A DNA stretch of 64,000 bases from positions 30,311 through 94,310 of the forward strand of contig JBHLJZ010000003.1 of the NCBI GenBank assembly GCA_048887165.1, written 5' to 3'. How positions within the stretch are numbered: position 1 is the first letter of the stretch; each line of letters begins with the position of its first letter. This document shows, piece by piece, positions 20,458 to 28,945 of this stretch. This DNA is from Candidatus Hodarchaeota archaeon. GTDB taxonomy: Archaea > Asgardarchaeota > Lokiarchaeia > Sigyniarchaeales > SOKP01. A program made the position numbers and the translations under genes. The notes below the pieces were generated by a model that had not been told where the DNA came from, did not search any database, and was given only the letters and a program-made list of their open reading frames with translations.

Positions 20458-20731
20458 AAATTAATTCAATTTTATTTAGTATAACCTTCTCTTTTATGTA
20501 TAAATAAAAAAAATTTAATCTTATAATCTTATCCATAAAAAATAATAAGCTGGTTTATTTTTCGTTTTGTCTTTAAAAATTCTTTATTATGCAATTATAT
20601 AAATTAAACCTTAAAATTATTTCTTTAAAATTATATTACTTTTCAAATATTTAAAGGATTTAATTAATTCACAAATAAAGTTCAGAATAATAGTTTGATA
20701 ATTTATAAAAATAACGTAAAAAAGATTATTA

Positions 20732-20911
20732 TTAATCTAATTCATCTTCAAGAATATAATTTTCCCCCTTTTTATAATATACCATTGTAGAACCAAAATT
20801 ATTACGTACAGTATACTTATCACCCTCAATATCTAAAATTTCGATTGAATAGGGTAATCTCCTATCTTTCATTATTCCTTCAATTATTTTCTTTTCTTCT
20901 TTAGGGTCCAT
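20732..20911 (-). CDS. Small hypothetical protein (59 aa), absent from the ORF track
   Basis: ATG 20911 to TAA 20732 encodes MDPKEEKKIIEGIMKDRRLPYSIEILDIEGDKYTVRNNFGSTMVYYKKGENYILEDELD. Confidence 0.7.
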   Translation of the reverse strand: MDPKEEKKIIEGIMKDRRLPYSIEILDIEGDKYTVRNNFGSTMVYYKKGENYILEDELD

Positions 20912-21198
20912 ATTATAATCAAATTATCCAATTTAAAAAAATTTTTTTATTTTCGAGTAAAATAACGAGGGGATTTTAAATTTCCTAAATTAAAAGATTA
21001 ATTCTGTCTCTATCAAAATTATATTATTTAATAATTATCGAAGGAAAAATAAAGGGTTATATAAAAACTTTTAGATTTAAAGATTTTTATTAAAAAATCG
21101 AGGAAATTTTAATAAAACGATAGCTATTTAATCAAATGGTTCTTTAAGTATTTATATAGAGATTTAATTTTACATCTTCTTATTTTTAGAGAAGTACC

Positions 21199-22446
21199 AT
21201 GGCTAAACAAACACTTAATATCGGTTTTTTCAGTAGTATGTACAGTCAAATTAATGGTACTGCTCATGCAGTAAGGTTTTTATCAGAAGCTATAGCAAAA
21301 CGTGGACATGATGTTCATATTTATGCTCCCCGCATTCAGGATGGTTATAAAAAGCCAGATACACTACATTTTCACGATATAGGAGGAGCAATAATCGGAG
21401 ATAAAACAGGTTTCGTTCTAAGTGCTCCATTACAAAAGATTTTTTTCTGTCAACATGATTATTTGGATATTTCACACATTCATACTCATGCAACTATAGG
21501 GTCAATGGCGATAAACTGGTCTAAATATTTAGGTATTCCCATGATTGGAACTCATAATAGTCCAATGCAATATTACACCGCTCAATATGTTCCAGTTATT
21601 GGCAAACTTTTAGCTAAATCGGATATAATCTGGCGGTATGAACGCCATATCCTTGATAAATATGATTTTGTTCACGTAGCAACTAAATCTAAAAAGGATT
21701 TATTAGTAGATTATAGATTTAAAGAGCCAATTATATGTATGACAAACGGGATCCATGATTTATATTATACAGATTTAAAAGAAAACGGAATTCGTGAAAA
21801 ATATAATCTTGAAGATAAAAAAGTCCTTCTATATGCCTCTCGATTATCCCCTGAAAAACATCCAATTAGTATAGTTAAAACTTTTAAAAGAATACATAAA
21901 GAAGTACCGGATTCTCATTTATTATTGGTTGGTAGTGATGGACCATCAACAGATCATGTCAAAAGACTCATTAAGAAGAAGAAATATAAGGATTTCATAT
22001 CTTATGCTGGGAGAGTTCCTTTCCCTGATTTATTGAAGTTATATAATACTGCTGACTTGTCATGTTTATGGTCGCGGGTAGAAGCAGAAGGACTTGTTTT
22101 GATTGAAGCTATGGCGCAGGGCACGCCAAGTGTAGGCGCTAATGCATGTGGAATACGAAATGTAATTAGACACGGTAAAACTGGGTATCTGGCAAATGAT
22201 CTAACACAATTCAAGGATTATGTAGTAAAGTTATTTAAAGATGATGAGCTCCGAATTCAATTTGGAAAAAATGCAAAAAATGTTGCTTTAGGTTACAGAG
22301 TTAGTGAAATAGCAAAAACTTGGATTAAGTTATATAAGTTTACCATTAATGAATTATATCCCTTAAGATACCATCGAAAAGATCGTAAAGAAAGAGTTGA
22401 ATTAGTGAAAGAATTTATACACCATTTACCAAATGTATCATTCTAA
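21199..22446 (+). CDS. Glycosyltransferase family 4 (glycolipid-synthase-like)
   Basis: NGT, HIHT, SRLSPEK, EX7E motif EAEGLVLIEAMA. Confidence 0.9.
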   Translation: MAKQTLNIGFFSSMYSQINGTAHAVRFLSEAIAKRGHDVHIYAPRIQDGYKKPDTLHFHDIGGAIIGDKTGFVLSAPLQKIFFCQHDYLDISHIHTHATIGSMAINWSKYLGIPMIGTHNSPMQYYTAQYVPVIGKLLAKSDIIWRYERHILDKYDFVHVATKSKKDLLVDYRFKEPIICMTNGIHDLYYTDLKENGIREKYNLEDKKVLLYASRLSPEKHPISIVKTFKRIHKEVPDSHLLLVGSDGPSTDHVKRLIKKKKYKDFISYAGRVPFPDLLKLYNTADLSCLWSRVEAEGLVLIEAMAQGTPSVGANACGIRNVIRHGKTGYLANDLTQFKDYVVKLFKDDELRIQFGKNAKNVALGYRVSEIAKTWIKLYKFTINELYPLRYHRKDRKERVELVKEFIHHLPNVSF

Positions 22447-22543
22447 AAAGCTTAAACTTTTTACTCATTATTAATAGGTATTTAAGGTATTAATAATATT
22501 ATAAATTTAATTAATCACTTTATGTATTGTTTCTCAGACTATT

Positions 22544-23605
22544 ATGTCGAACGATTTAATTAATTCAGAGAAAAAACTTGCTAAAAAACAAAATGATGAA
22601 AATAATTTGGGTAAAAATGAAGTTGATTATGAAGTTATAGAAAAAAATTTTGTTCCTCACTATTTACCTACCTACAGAATTAGAATTAAATTATATCCGT
22701 TGCCAATTATTTTAGTTGTAATATTCGCGGGATTATTATCTTATTTAACATATGAGCAAGCAGGAATTAGAATTGACGGTGGTTACGTATCAGAAGAAGA
22801 ATTTGGTGCTTTTGGAGGAGTATTAAACGGAATTATCTTTACATTAATAGCTGTCATTTCTGCATTTATTGTAATCTATTTGATTAAAAAATTAGGTTTA
22901 AATATACTTAAATATCTTTTTGGATTTACTATTGGCTTTATTAGTTTTTTTCTTTCATGGTTTTTTGGAGAAGTAGTGATATATTTAATATTTATACAAC
23001 TTCCACCTTCAAATATAATTATAAATTTATATTACACAATTACTCAATTTGAATTACCCTTTTTCTCGGGAGTTATATCTATTTTTCTAATGTATAAATA
23101 TTTGACGTTTAGATCAATTAATTCGAAAAATTTTATCATTTTATATATTAGTTTGTTAACAGGTGCTTCATTGGGTGTAATAATGCCTCTCTGGACTACT
23201 TTATCAATTCTTATTGGTATTTCTCTCTGGGATATTTTTGCTGTGTTTTACAAGAAAGGGCCTATAAAACAAATGTTTGATCTAGCATCTCAAAATAAAG
23301 AGGATTTGTCTAATAAAGAAATTGAAGAAAAAATAAAAACTGGTGAAGCAATATATGATATTTCTAAGATTGAAATTGGGATTGGAGATTTAATTTTTTA
23401 CAGCCTCCTTACCTCTAGCGCTCTTATTCATAGTACAAGTTTATTAGTATTAATTTTAACTTCAATCGCTATAATTTTTGGAACAGGTATTACATTAATT
23501 GGATTAAAAAAAAATAAGATTTTACCAGGTTTACCGATTTCAATTTTTTTAGGCATTACTACTATGCTTCTTTCGTGGTATATAATATCGATTGTTTTTA
23601 TATAG
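22544..23605 (+). CDS. Presenilin-family (A22) intramembrane aspartyl protease
   Basis: About 9 TM; SLWDIFAV (YD-type Asp), GIGDLIFYS (GxGD), LPGLP (PAL-like). Confidence 0.9.
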   Translation: MSNDLINSEKKLAKKQNDENNLGKNEVDYEVIEKNFVPHYLPTYRIRIKLYPLPIILVVIFAGLLSYLTYEQAGIRIDGGYVSEEEFGAFGGVLNGIIFTLIAVISAFIVIYLIKKLGLNILKYLFGFTIGFISFFLSWFFGEVVIYLIFIQLPPSNIIINLYYTITQFELPFFSGVISIFLMYKYLTFRSINSKNFIILYISLLTGASLGVIMPLWTTLSILIGISLWDIFAVFYKKGPIKQMFDLASQNKEDLSNKEIEEKIKTGEAIYDISKIEIGIGDLIFYSLLTSSALIHSTSLLVLILTSIAIIFGTGITLIGLKKNKILPGLPISIFLGITTMLLSWYIISIVFI

Positions 23606-23620
23606 ATATGGAATTTAATT

Positions 23621-24808
23621 ATGGTGGATATATCAAATATTAAAACATTTGCTGTTATTGGAGCAGGAACTATGGGACATGAAATTGCCCAAGTTGCTTT
23701 AATGGGAGGATTTGAAAAAGTAATTTTAAATGATTTGGATAAGGAAATTCTTAATTCTGCTCGAATTCAGATACAAAAAAATTTAGTTAAGCTTCATGAA
23801 AAAGATAAATTAGGTTATAAAAATACTCCTAAAAATCTTATGAATCGCCTTATAACAGAAATAGATTTATCGAAAGCAGTATCACAAGCTAATTTTGTTG
23901 TCGAAGCAATACCAGAAGTAATGGAACTGAAACAGGAACTATTTTCTAAGTTGGGAGAACTTACTCCAAAAGAAACAATCTTAGCTACTAATACTTCTAC
24001 TATGAGTATTACCAATATAGCATCTTCTTCCTCTAAACCAGATAAGGTAGTTGGAATGCATTTTTTTACTCCTATTGTTGTTTTAAGATTGATAGAATTA
24101 ATAAAAGGAGAAAAAACCTCTCAAAAGACATTTAACATTTCTTATACTATTGGTCAAAAACTCCCAGCCCTTAAAGGTAAAAGGTATATAGCAAAAATTA
24201 AGAAAGAAAGCCCTGGTTTCATTGTAAATCGTTTAACTATTGGCACAAATCTTTATATGAATTGGCTTCTTGATAGAGCTAACAAAGAAGGAATTCCTAT
24301 TGAAAAGATTGATAATGACGTAGCCAAATCACCAGATTTAGGCCCATTTGCTAAGTGGGATTATCTTGGACTGGATGTTGTGTATGATACTATGAATTAT
24401 TTTGCACAAGTACTTTCATCAGATTTCACTCCAGGAATTACACTTACAAACCTAATAAAAGAGGGAAACTTAGGAAGAAAAAGTGGGAAAGGAATCTATG
24501 AATGGTTTGAAGGAAAACCTAAAAGACAAACAAATGAAAAAGCAGGACTATTTTCGTTAGAAAATTATTATGCAATCCAATTAAATGAAGGTTGTAAATT
24601 ATTGAAAGAAGAAGTTGTTTCAGGATATAAGATTATTGATGATGCAATGTTAGCAGGAATGGACATGCCTGGACCTTTTACTGCTGGTAAAAAGAATTAT
24701 CAAAATTGGAGTAAATTGCTCATAGATCTCTCCGAAGAAACTGGATTGAATTATTTCAAGCCATGTGATTTAATGAAAAGTGGAAAATTCATAAATATGA
24801 GAAAATAG
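23621..24808 (+). CDS. 3-hydroxyacyl-CoA dehydrogenase
   Basis: GAGTMG, EAIPE, ATNTS, GMHFF, PGFIVNR, LGRKSGKGIY; partial duplicate of the C-terminal domain. Confidence 0.92.
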   Translation: MVDISNIKTFAVIGAGTMGHEIAQVALMGGFEKVILNDLDKEILNSARIQIQKNLVKLHEKDKLGYKNTPKNLMNRLITEIDLSKAVSQANFVVEAIPEVMELKQELFSKLGELTPKETILATNTSTMSITNIASSSSKPDKVVGMHFFTPIVVLRLIELIKGEKTSQKTFNISYTIGQKLPALKGKRYIAKIKKESPGFIVNRLTIGTNLYMNWLLDRANKEGIPIEKIDNDVAKSPDLGPFAKWDYLGLDVVYDTMNYFAQVLSSDFTPGITLTNLIKEGNLGRKSGKGIYEWFEGKPKRQTNEKAGLFSLENYYAIQLNEGCKLLKEEVVSGYKIIDDAMLAGMDMPGPFTAGKKNYQNWSKLLIDLSEETGLNYFKPCDLMKSGKFINMRK

Positions 24809-24867
24809 ATATAAATTAAAAGAAATAATATTATTAGCTGAAAATTATTATTAATTAATTTGCTCAA

Positions 24868-25287
24868 ATGAGCAACAAATTAGATATTAAAAATCGTGAT
24901 ATGAATCCAGAATTAGAAAGTATTGATGATGCCCTTAAAAAATTGGTTAGAGCAATTCCAGATGTCAAAGCAGTTTCGCTATTGTCAAATGACGGCATGC
25001 CATTAGCATTTATATTACCAGAAGAAATTGATGATTTAAAAATTTCTGGTATAGCAGCGGCATTACTTTCTATGAGTGAACTAGCCAGTGTAGACATGCA
25101 GAAAGGATCTTTTAATCAATTATATATAAAAGGAACTGATGGATATCTTTTACTTCTAGAAGTCGGTCCAAATCACGCTTTACTAATTTCAGCTTCAAAT
25201 GATGTTAGATTAGGGATGTTATTATTTGAAACAAATTTATTAATTGAAAGAATAATTTCTATAATTCCTTTATTAGAATTTGAATGA
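24868..25287 (+). CDS. Roadblock/LC7 (MglB-like) protein
   Basis: SLLSNDGMPLA, ISGIAAALLSMSE, YIKGTDGYLLL, RLGMLLFE. Confidence 0.9.
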   Translation: MSNKLDIKNRDMNPELESIDDALKKLVRAIPDVKAVSLLSNDGMPLAFILPEEIDDLKISGIAAALLSMSELASVDMQKGSFNQLYIKGTDGYLLLLEVGPNHALLISASNDVRLGMLLFETNLLIERIISIIPLLEFE

Positions 25288-25328
25288 TAATCTATCACCC
25301 TTCTAATTAACCTAATAAATCATGAAAA

Positions 25329-25616
25329 ATGTCTAATAAAAATTCATCACCTAAAACTGGTTTTGAAAAAGTTGTAGAATATTTTAATAATCTTGAAATT
25401 AACCAACCTGTAGCAATTGCAGAAGTAGTAAAAAATACAGGATTTTCTTGGAGTTTTATTAAAAAAACATTGGCCAAAATAAAAGAAGAATATAACGGAT
25501 TTCATTTTGAAAAATCTGGAAATACTTGGATTTCTTGGAAAGATAGGGAGCATATCATTAAAAAGTTAGATGAAACTTGTTCTCGCTTTTTACCTGAATA
25601 TGAAGATAAATGCTAA
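25329..25616 (+). CDS. Small winged helix-turn-helix-like protein
   Basis: IAEVVKNTGFSWSFIKKTL helix-turn-helix pattern followed by a wing (FHFEKSGNTWISW). Confidence 0.55.
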   Translation: MSNKNSSPKTGFEKVVEYFNNLEINQPVAIAEVVKNTGFSWSFIKKTLAKIKEEYNGFHFEKSGNTWISWKDREHIIKKLDETCSRFLPEYEDKC

Positions 25617-25687
25617 ATTTCCTAGATTTTGTTTTTTATTTGATTACTAATTTCTAATTTAAAAAAAGTGGATATGATATTATATTT

Positions 25688-26068
25688 TTACAGATAAAGG
25701 CTTAGTTTGTCTATATCGTCTCTAATTTTTGAGATTCTTTTCTCTTGTATTTCATCAGCTCCTACACCCTGAATATCTTCTTCAAGATCTAATCTCTCTT
25801 CTTCATAAGCTTCCTCAACATCCATCCCATATCTAATTGCATAAGCGACTAATTCTGGAATAAGCGATACCATGGCTTTAAAGCTAAAAATACCTGATAA
25901 TGTACTCAAGATCTTTATCATTTCTTTAAAAGGATCAAATTCTATTTCAGGTTTTTTCATTATTTCCATTATTCTTTTAAATAAAACTTCATAAAAAACT
26001 TCAAGTTCTTCTTTGTTCAATATTTCTTCTTCTTCTTCTCCTTCTTCTTCTTCCATTCTAACTACCAA
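25688..26068 (-). CDS. Acidic alpha-helical hypothetical protein ending in LYL
   Basis: 126 aa, poly-Glu N-terminus, C-terminal HbYX-like tripeptide. Confidence 0.7.
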   Translation of the reverse strand: MVVRMEEEEGEEEEEILNKEELEVFYEVLFKRIMEIMKKPEIEFDPFKEMIKILSTLSGIFSFKAMVSLIPELVAYAIRYGMDVEEAYEEERLDLEEDIQGVGADEIQEKRISKIRDDIDKLSLYL

Positions 26069-26386
26069 TTTTGATTTTTGTTATGTAAAATAAAAAAATT
26101 GAGGTTTTAAAAAATATCCTTTTTTCGATTTTATATAAATTTAAATAGTATTTGGAAATTATAAAGATAAAAAAAATTCAATTGATTTAATCAATAGATT
26201 TTCATTTAAATTTCGCTTTATAACATTTGGTTATATATTTTATTTATAATCATAGTTATCATAAATAGATTTTATGTTTGCATAATTGTTGCTTACCTTT
26301 TGGAGAGTGTGAAATTTCATTTAACTTTATATTTTGTGTAATATTTTATTAGACAAATTATAATGACTTAAATTTCATATTCTAAA

Positions 26387-27340
26387 GTGTCTAATATTAT
26401 GAAAGTTGAAAAATCAAGTCAAGACCTTGAAAATGAAGTAATTTATGCCGGTCTTTGTATTCACTGCGGAAGTTGTAACGCCTTTTGCCCACATATGGAT
26501 TTCAATACTGAAACTGGAGAAGCGTATGTCGTAGATGAATGCGCTGAAACAGTTGGATTATGTTATAATGCTTGTCCAAGAAGTTTTCTTCCCATTTCAG
26601 ATATGGAAGAAAAATTATATGGACAAACTCGTGTTGATTTAGGCGTAGGCGTTTATAAAGATATCATTCAAGTCAAGTCAAAGAATAAAGAAGATATTTT
26701 ATATAATTTAGTTTTAGCTGCATTTGAGTCAGGAATTGTTAAACATTTTGTTTTAAGTGAACCAAAGAGCAAAAAACCACCTGTTGCATTTCCAGTTGTA
26801 GTTGATGATGCTAAGGATGCAAAAAAATATATCCCTAAGGCAACCATGGATAATGCCGGACCCCTAATAACTGGTATTGGAAAAGCATATTTAGACAAAA
26901 AAAGAGAGATAGGAATCATTTGCAATCCTTGCCATGCGCAAGGATTAGGAAAAATACTGGTTTCAGATTTTAATACAGGTGCTGAGCGAACATCCTTGAG
27001 AATTGTATATGCGTGTTCATCAGGCGGGATGTCAGGATGTAAATATTGTACTGACTTCTCAGGAGAGTTTTCTGATATCTCTTATAGTCCCTGGGGAGCT
27101 CCTAAGGGTTCAGGTGAAGCATTTTTAATAATACGGACAGATGTAGGTCAAAAGGTTGTAGATGCGGCAGTAAAGAAAAAGTTACTTGAAATTACTAATA
27201 AAGAACCAGATCTTAGTGAAATGAAGAAATTTCTAAATAAAAAACGAAAAAAGAACTTCTTGAATCTCGTAGGAAGGGATCTACTCACAGCAAAATATTT
27301 AAAACTAAATATTGATGAATTTAAAGATTTGTTAGAATAA
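26387..27340 (+). CDS. FrhB/FdhB-family Fe-S protein (degenerate)
   Basis: CIHCGSCNAFCP ferredoxin motif, CYNACPR, NPCH, GCKYCTDFSGEFSDIS, IIRTDVG. Confidence 0.8.
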   Translation: MSNIMKVEKSSQDLENEVIYAGLCIHCGSCNAFCPHMDFNTETGEAYVVDECAETVGLCYNACPRSFLPISDMEEKLYGQTRVDLGVGVYKDIIQVKSKNKEDILYNLVLAAFESGIVKHFVLSEPKSKKPPVAFPVVVDDAKDAKKYIPKATMDNAGPLITGIGKAYLDKKREIGIICNPCHAQGLGKILVSDFNTGAERTSLRIVYACSSGGMSGCKYCTDFSGEFSDISYSPWGAPKGSGEAFLIIRTDVGQKVVDAAVKKKLLEITNKEPDLSEMKKFLNKKRKKNFLNLVGRDLLTAKYLKLNIDEFKDLLE

Positions 27341-27404
27341 ATTTTTGAAAATATTATAAATTATTTCTTTTTTTTTACCTAACTTTTTTTAAATTAAAAA
27401 TTAT

Positions 27405-27944
27405 TTAGAGATTTTTCTTTCTAAGAATTTCTCTTGATATCGTTTCGAAAATGTTATTATTATTTACACCGGTTTTGGAACTAGTCTCAAAAAAGTGCTC
27501 AATATTAAATTCTTTTTGGAAGGTTTGAGCCTCTTCCGTTTTCACTACTCGCTTCATTTCTGCTAAATCTACTTTTCCACCAACTAGAACAAAGATAGGA
27601 TTTGAAGCACATGTTTTTACAACATTATACCATTCCGGTAAATTTTGAAAACTTGAATATCTTGTAACATCAAAACAAAGTAAACATCCTTGAGCACCAC
27701 GGGAATAATTTGGCAAGAAATATCGAAATCTTTTTTCTCCAGCAAAGTCCCAGATTTGTAAGCGAACATCAGTACCGTCTACATTTAATCTATAAGTCGC
27801 AAGATCAGTACCGATTGTAATTTTCATTGGTATAAATTGACCTGTGATCAACCTCTGTATCATCGTACTTTTTCCAACACCACCATCTCCGACTACAACT
27901 ATTTTAAATGAATATTTACGTGTCTGAATTGTGTCTTGATTCAT
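27405..27944 (-). CDS. Rab-like small GTPase
   Basis: GDGGVGKS, TIGTD, LQIWDFAGE, GKVD, ETSSK; no C-terminal Cys. Confidence 0.92.
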   Translation of the reverse strand: MNQDTIQTRKYSFKIVVVGDGGVGKSTMIQRLITGQFIPMKITIGTDLATYRLNVDGTDVRLQIWDFAGEKRFRYFLPNYSRGAQGCLLCFDVTRYSSFQNLPEWYNVVKTCASNPIFVLVGGKVDLAEMKRVVKTEEAQTFQKEFNIEHFFETSSKTGVNNNNIFETISREILRKKNL

Positions 27945-28001
27945 ATCTTCACTTAATTTTTAACAATTTAATAATTATATAGATTCGATTTTAATAAATC
28001 T

Positions 28002-28886
28002 TCATTCTATTTTTAATTCATTTTTAAATTTTTTATTAAAATTTTTAAGGTTTTCAATAATTTGCGTTTGTAACGATACTGGTACTAAATCTAAGATCTT
28101 ATTTAATTTATGTTTATTAAAATTATTAATTTCATTGTAAATTTTAATAAGAAAGAATATTGCCACTAAAGGTGATGCAATAAAAATTATAAACAAACTA
28201 ATGGGAAGAATTATAGGTTCTGATCCTTCTATTCCTGTACCTGGTAAAAAATAGTCAAAATGAGGTACTAAATTAAAAGAATTAAAAAGGACAATTAGTA
28301 TATTTAATCCATTTAATAAAATGAAGAGAAAAGTATTAAGTATTGAAATTAATTTGAATGAATTAAGACTAAGAAAAGATATTACTTTATCATCCTCATC
28401 TTTTTCTTTAACTTTAAAACTTAGTTTAGAATACTTCCAGATGTCAATAAAAATCCATAAATAACCAAAAGAATAAACCAAACCCAATAAAATAATAAAA
28501 TAAATTGAGTAGCTTTCAATCAACTGGGGATGGTATATTGACTCAGCTCCAATCCAAAATAATAAAATCAGTTGGATCAATGCACAGGCATTTAGTCTGT
28601 TAGAATTCTTAATTTCAGAACCGAGTGGGTTATACTCAATAGTAATATCTTCACTTTTAATACGCCATTTATTAGTACTAATAATTCTGAAAAACAATGA
28701 AAATCCAAATGTTAAAATTGGAAATAACAAGAGAAACAAGTTATTCCATGATTGTGAAAGAATAAATAGGAATATGATTACAAAAACTATCAAATCTCGA
28801 ATTATGACTTCGTTTATTAAATCTTTTATTCGCAAATAATTATCTTCAGAATCATTTTCACTCATTTTTTTATTTAAAAATCCCAT
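28002..28886 (-). CDS. Hypothetical polytopic membrane protein
   Basis: About 6 TM segments; no family recognised. Confidence 0.7.
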   Translation of the reverse strand: MGFLNKKMSENDSEDNYLRIKDLINEVIIRDLIVFVIIFLFILSQSWNNLFLLLFPILTFGFSLFFRIISTNKWRIKSEDITIEYNPLGSEIKNSNRLNACALIQLILLFWIGAESIYHPQLIESYSIYFIILLGLVYSFGYLWIFIDIWKYSKLSFKVKEKDEDDKVISFLSLNSFKLISILNTFLFILLNGLNILIVLFNSFNLVPHFDYFLPGTGIEGSEPIILPISLFIIFIASPLVAIFFLIKIYNEINNFNKHKLNKILDLVPVSLQTQIIENLKNFNKKFKNELKIE

Positions 28887-28945
28887 AATAATTAAACTTT
28901 TATACTCTTTGCTAATATAAATTTTAAATTATAATCTAATATGAA

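Noticed and set aside
26025-26053. (TTC)n trinucleotide repeat
   Set aside because: Encodes the poly-Glu N-terminus of the 126-aa protein; not an independent repeat element.
26387-27340. Selenocysteine recoding in the FrhB-like gene or other TGA-ending ORFs
   Set aside because: No in-frame TGA at a Cys position; the TGA-terminated genes appear full length.
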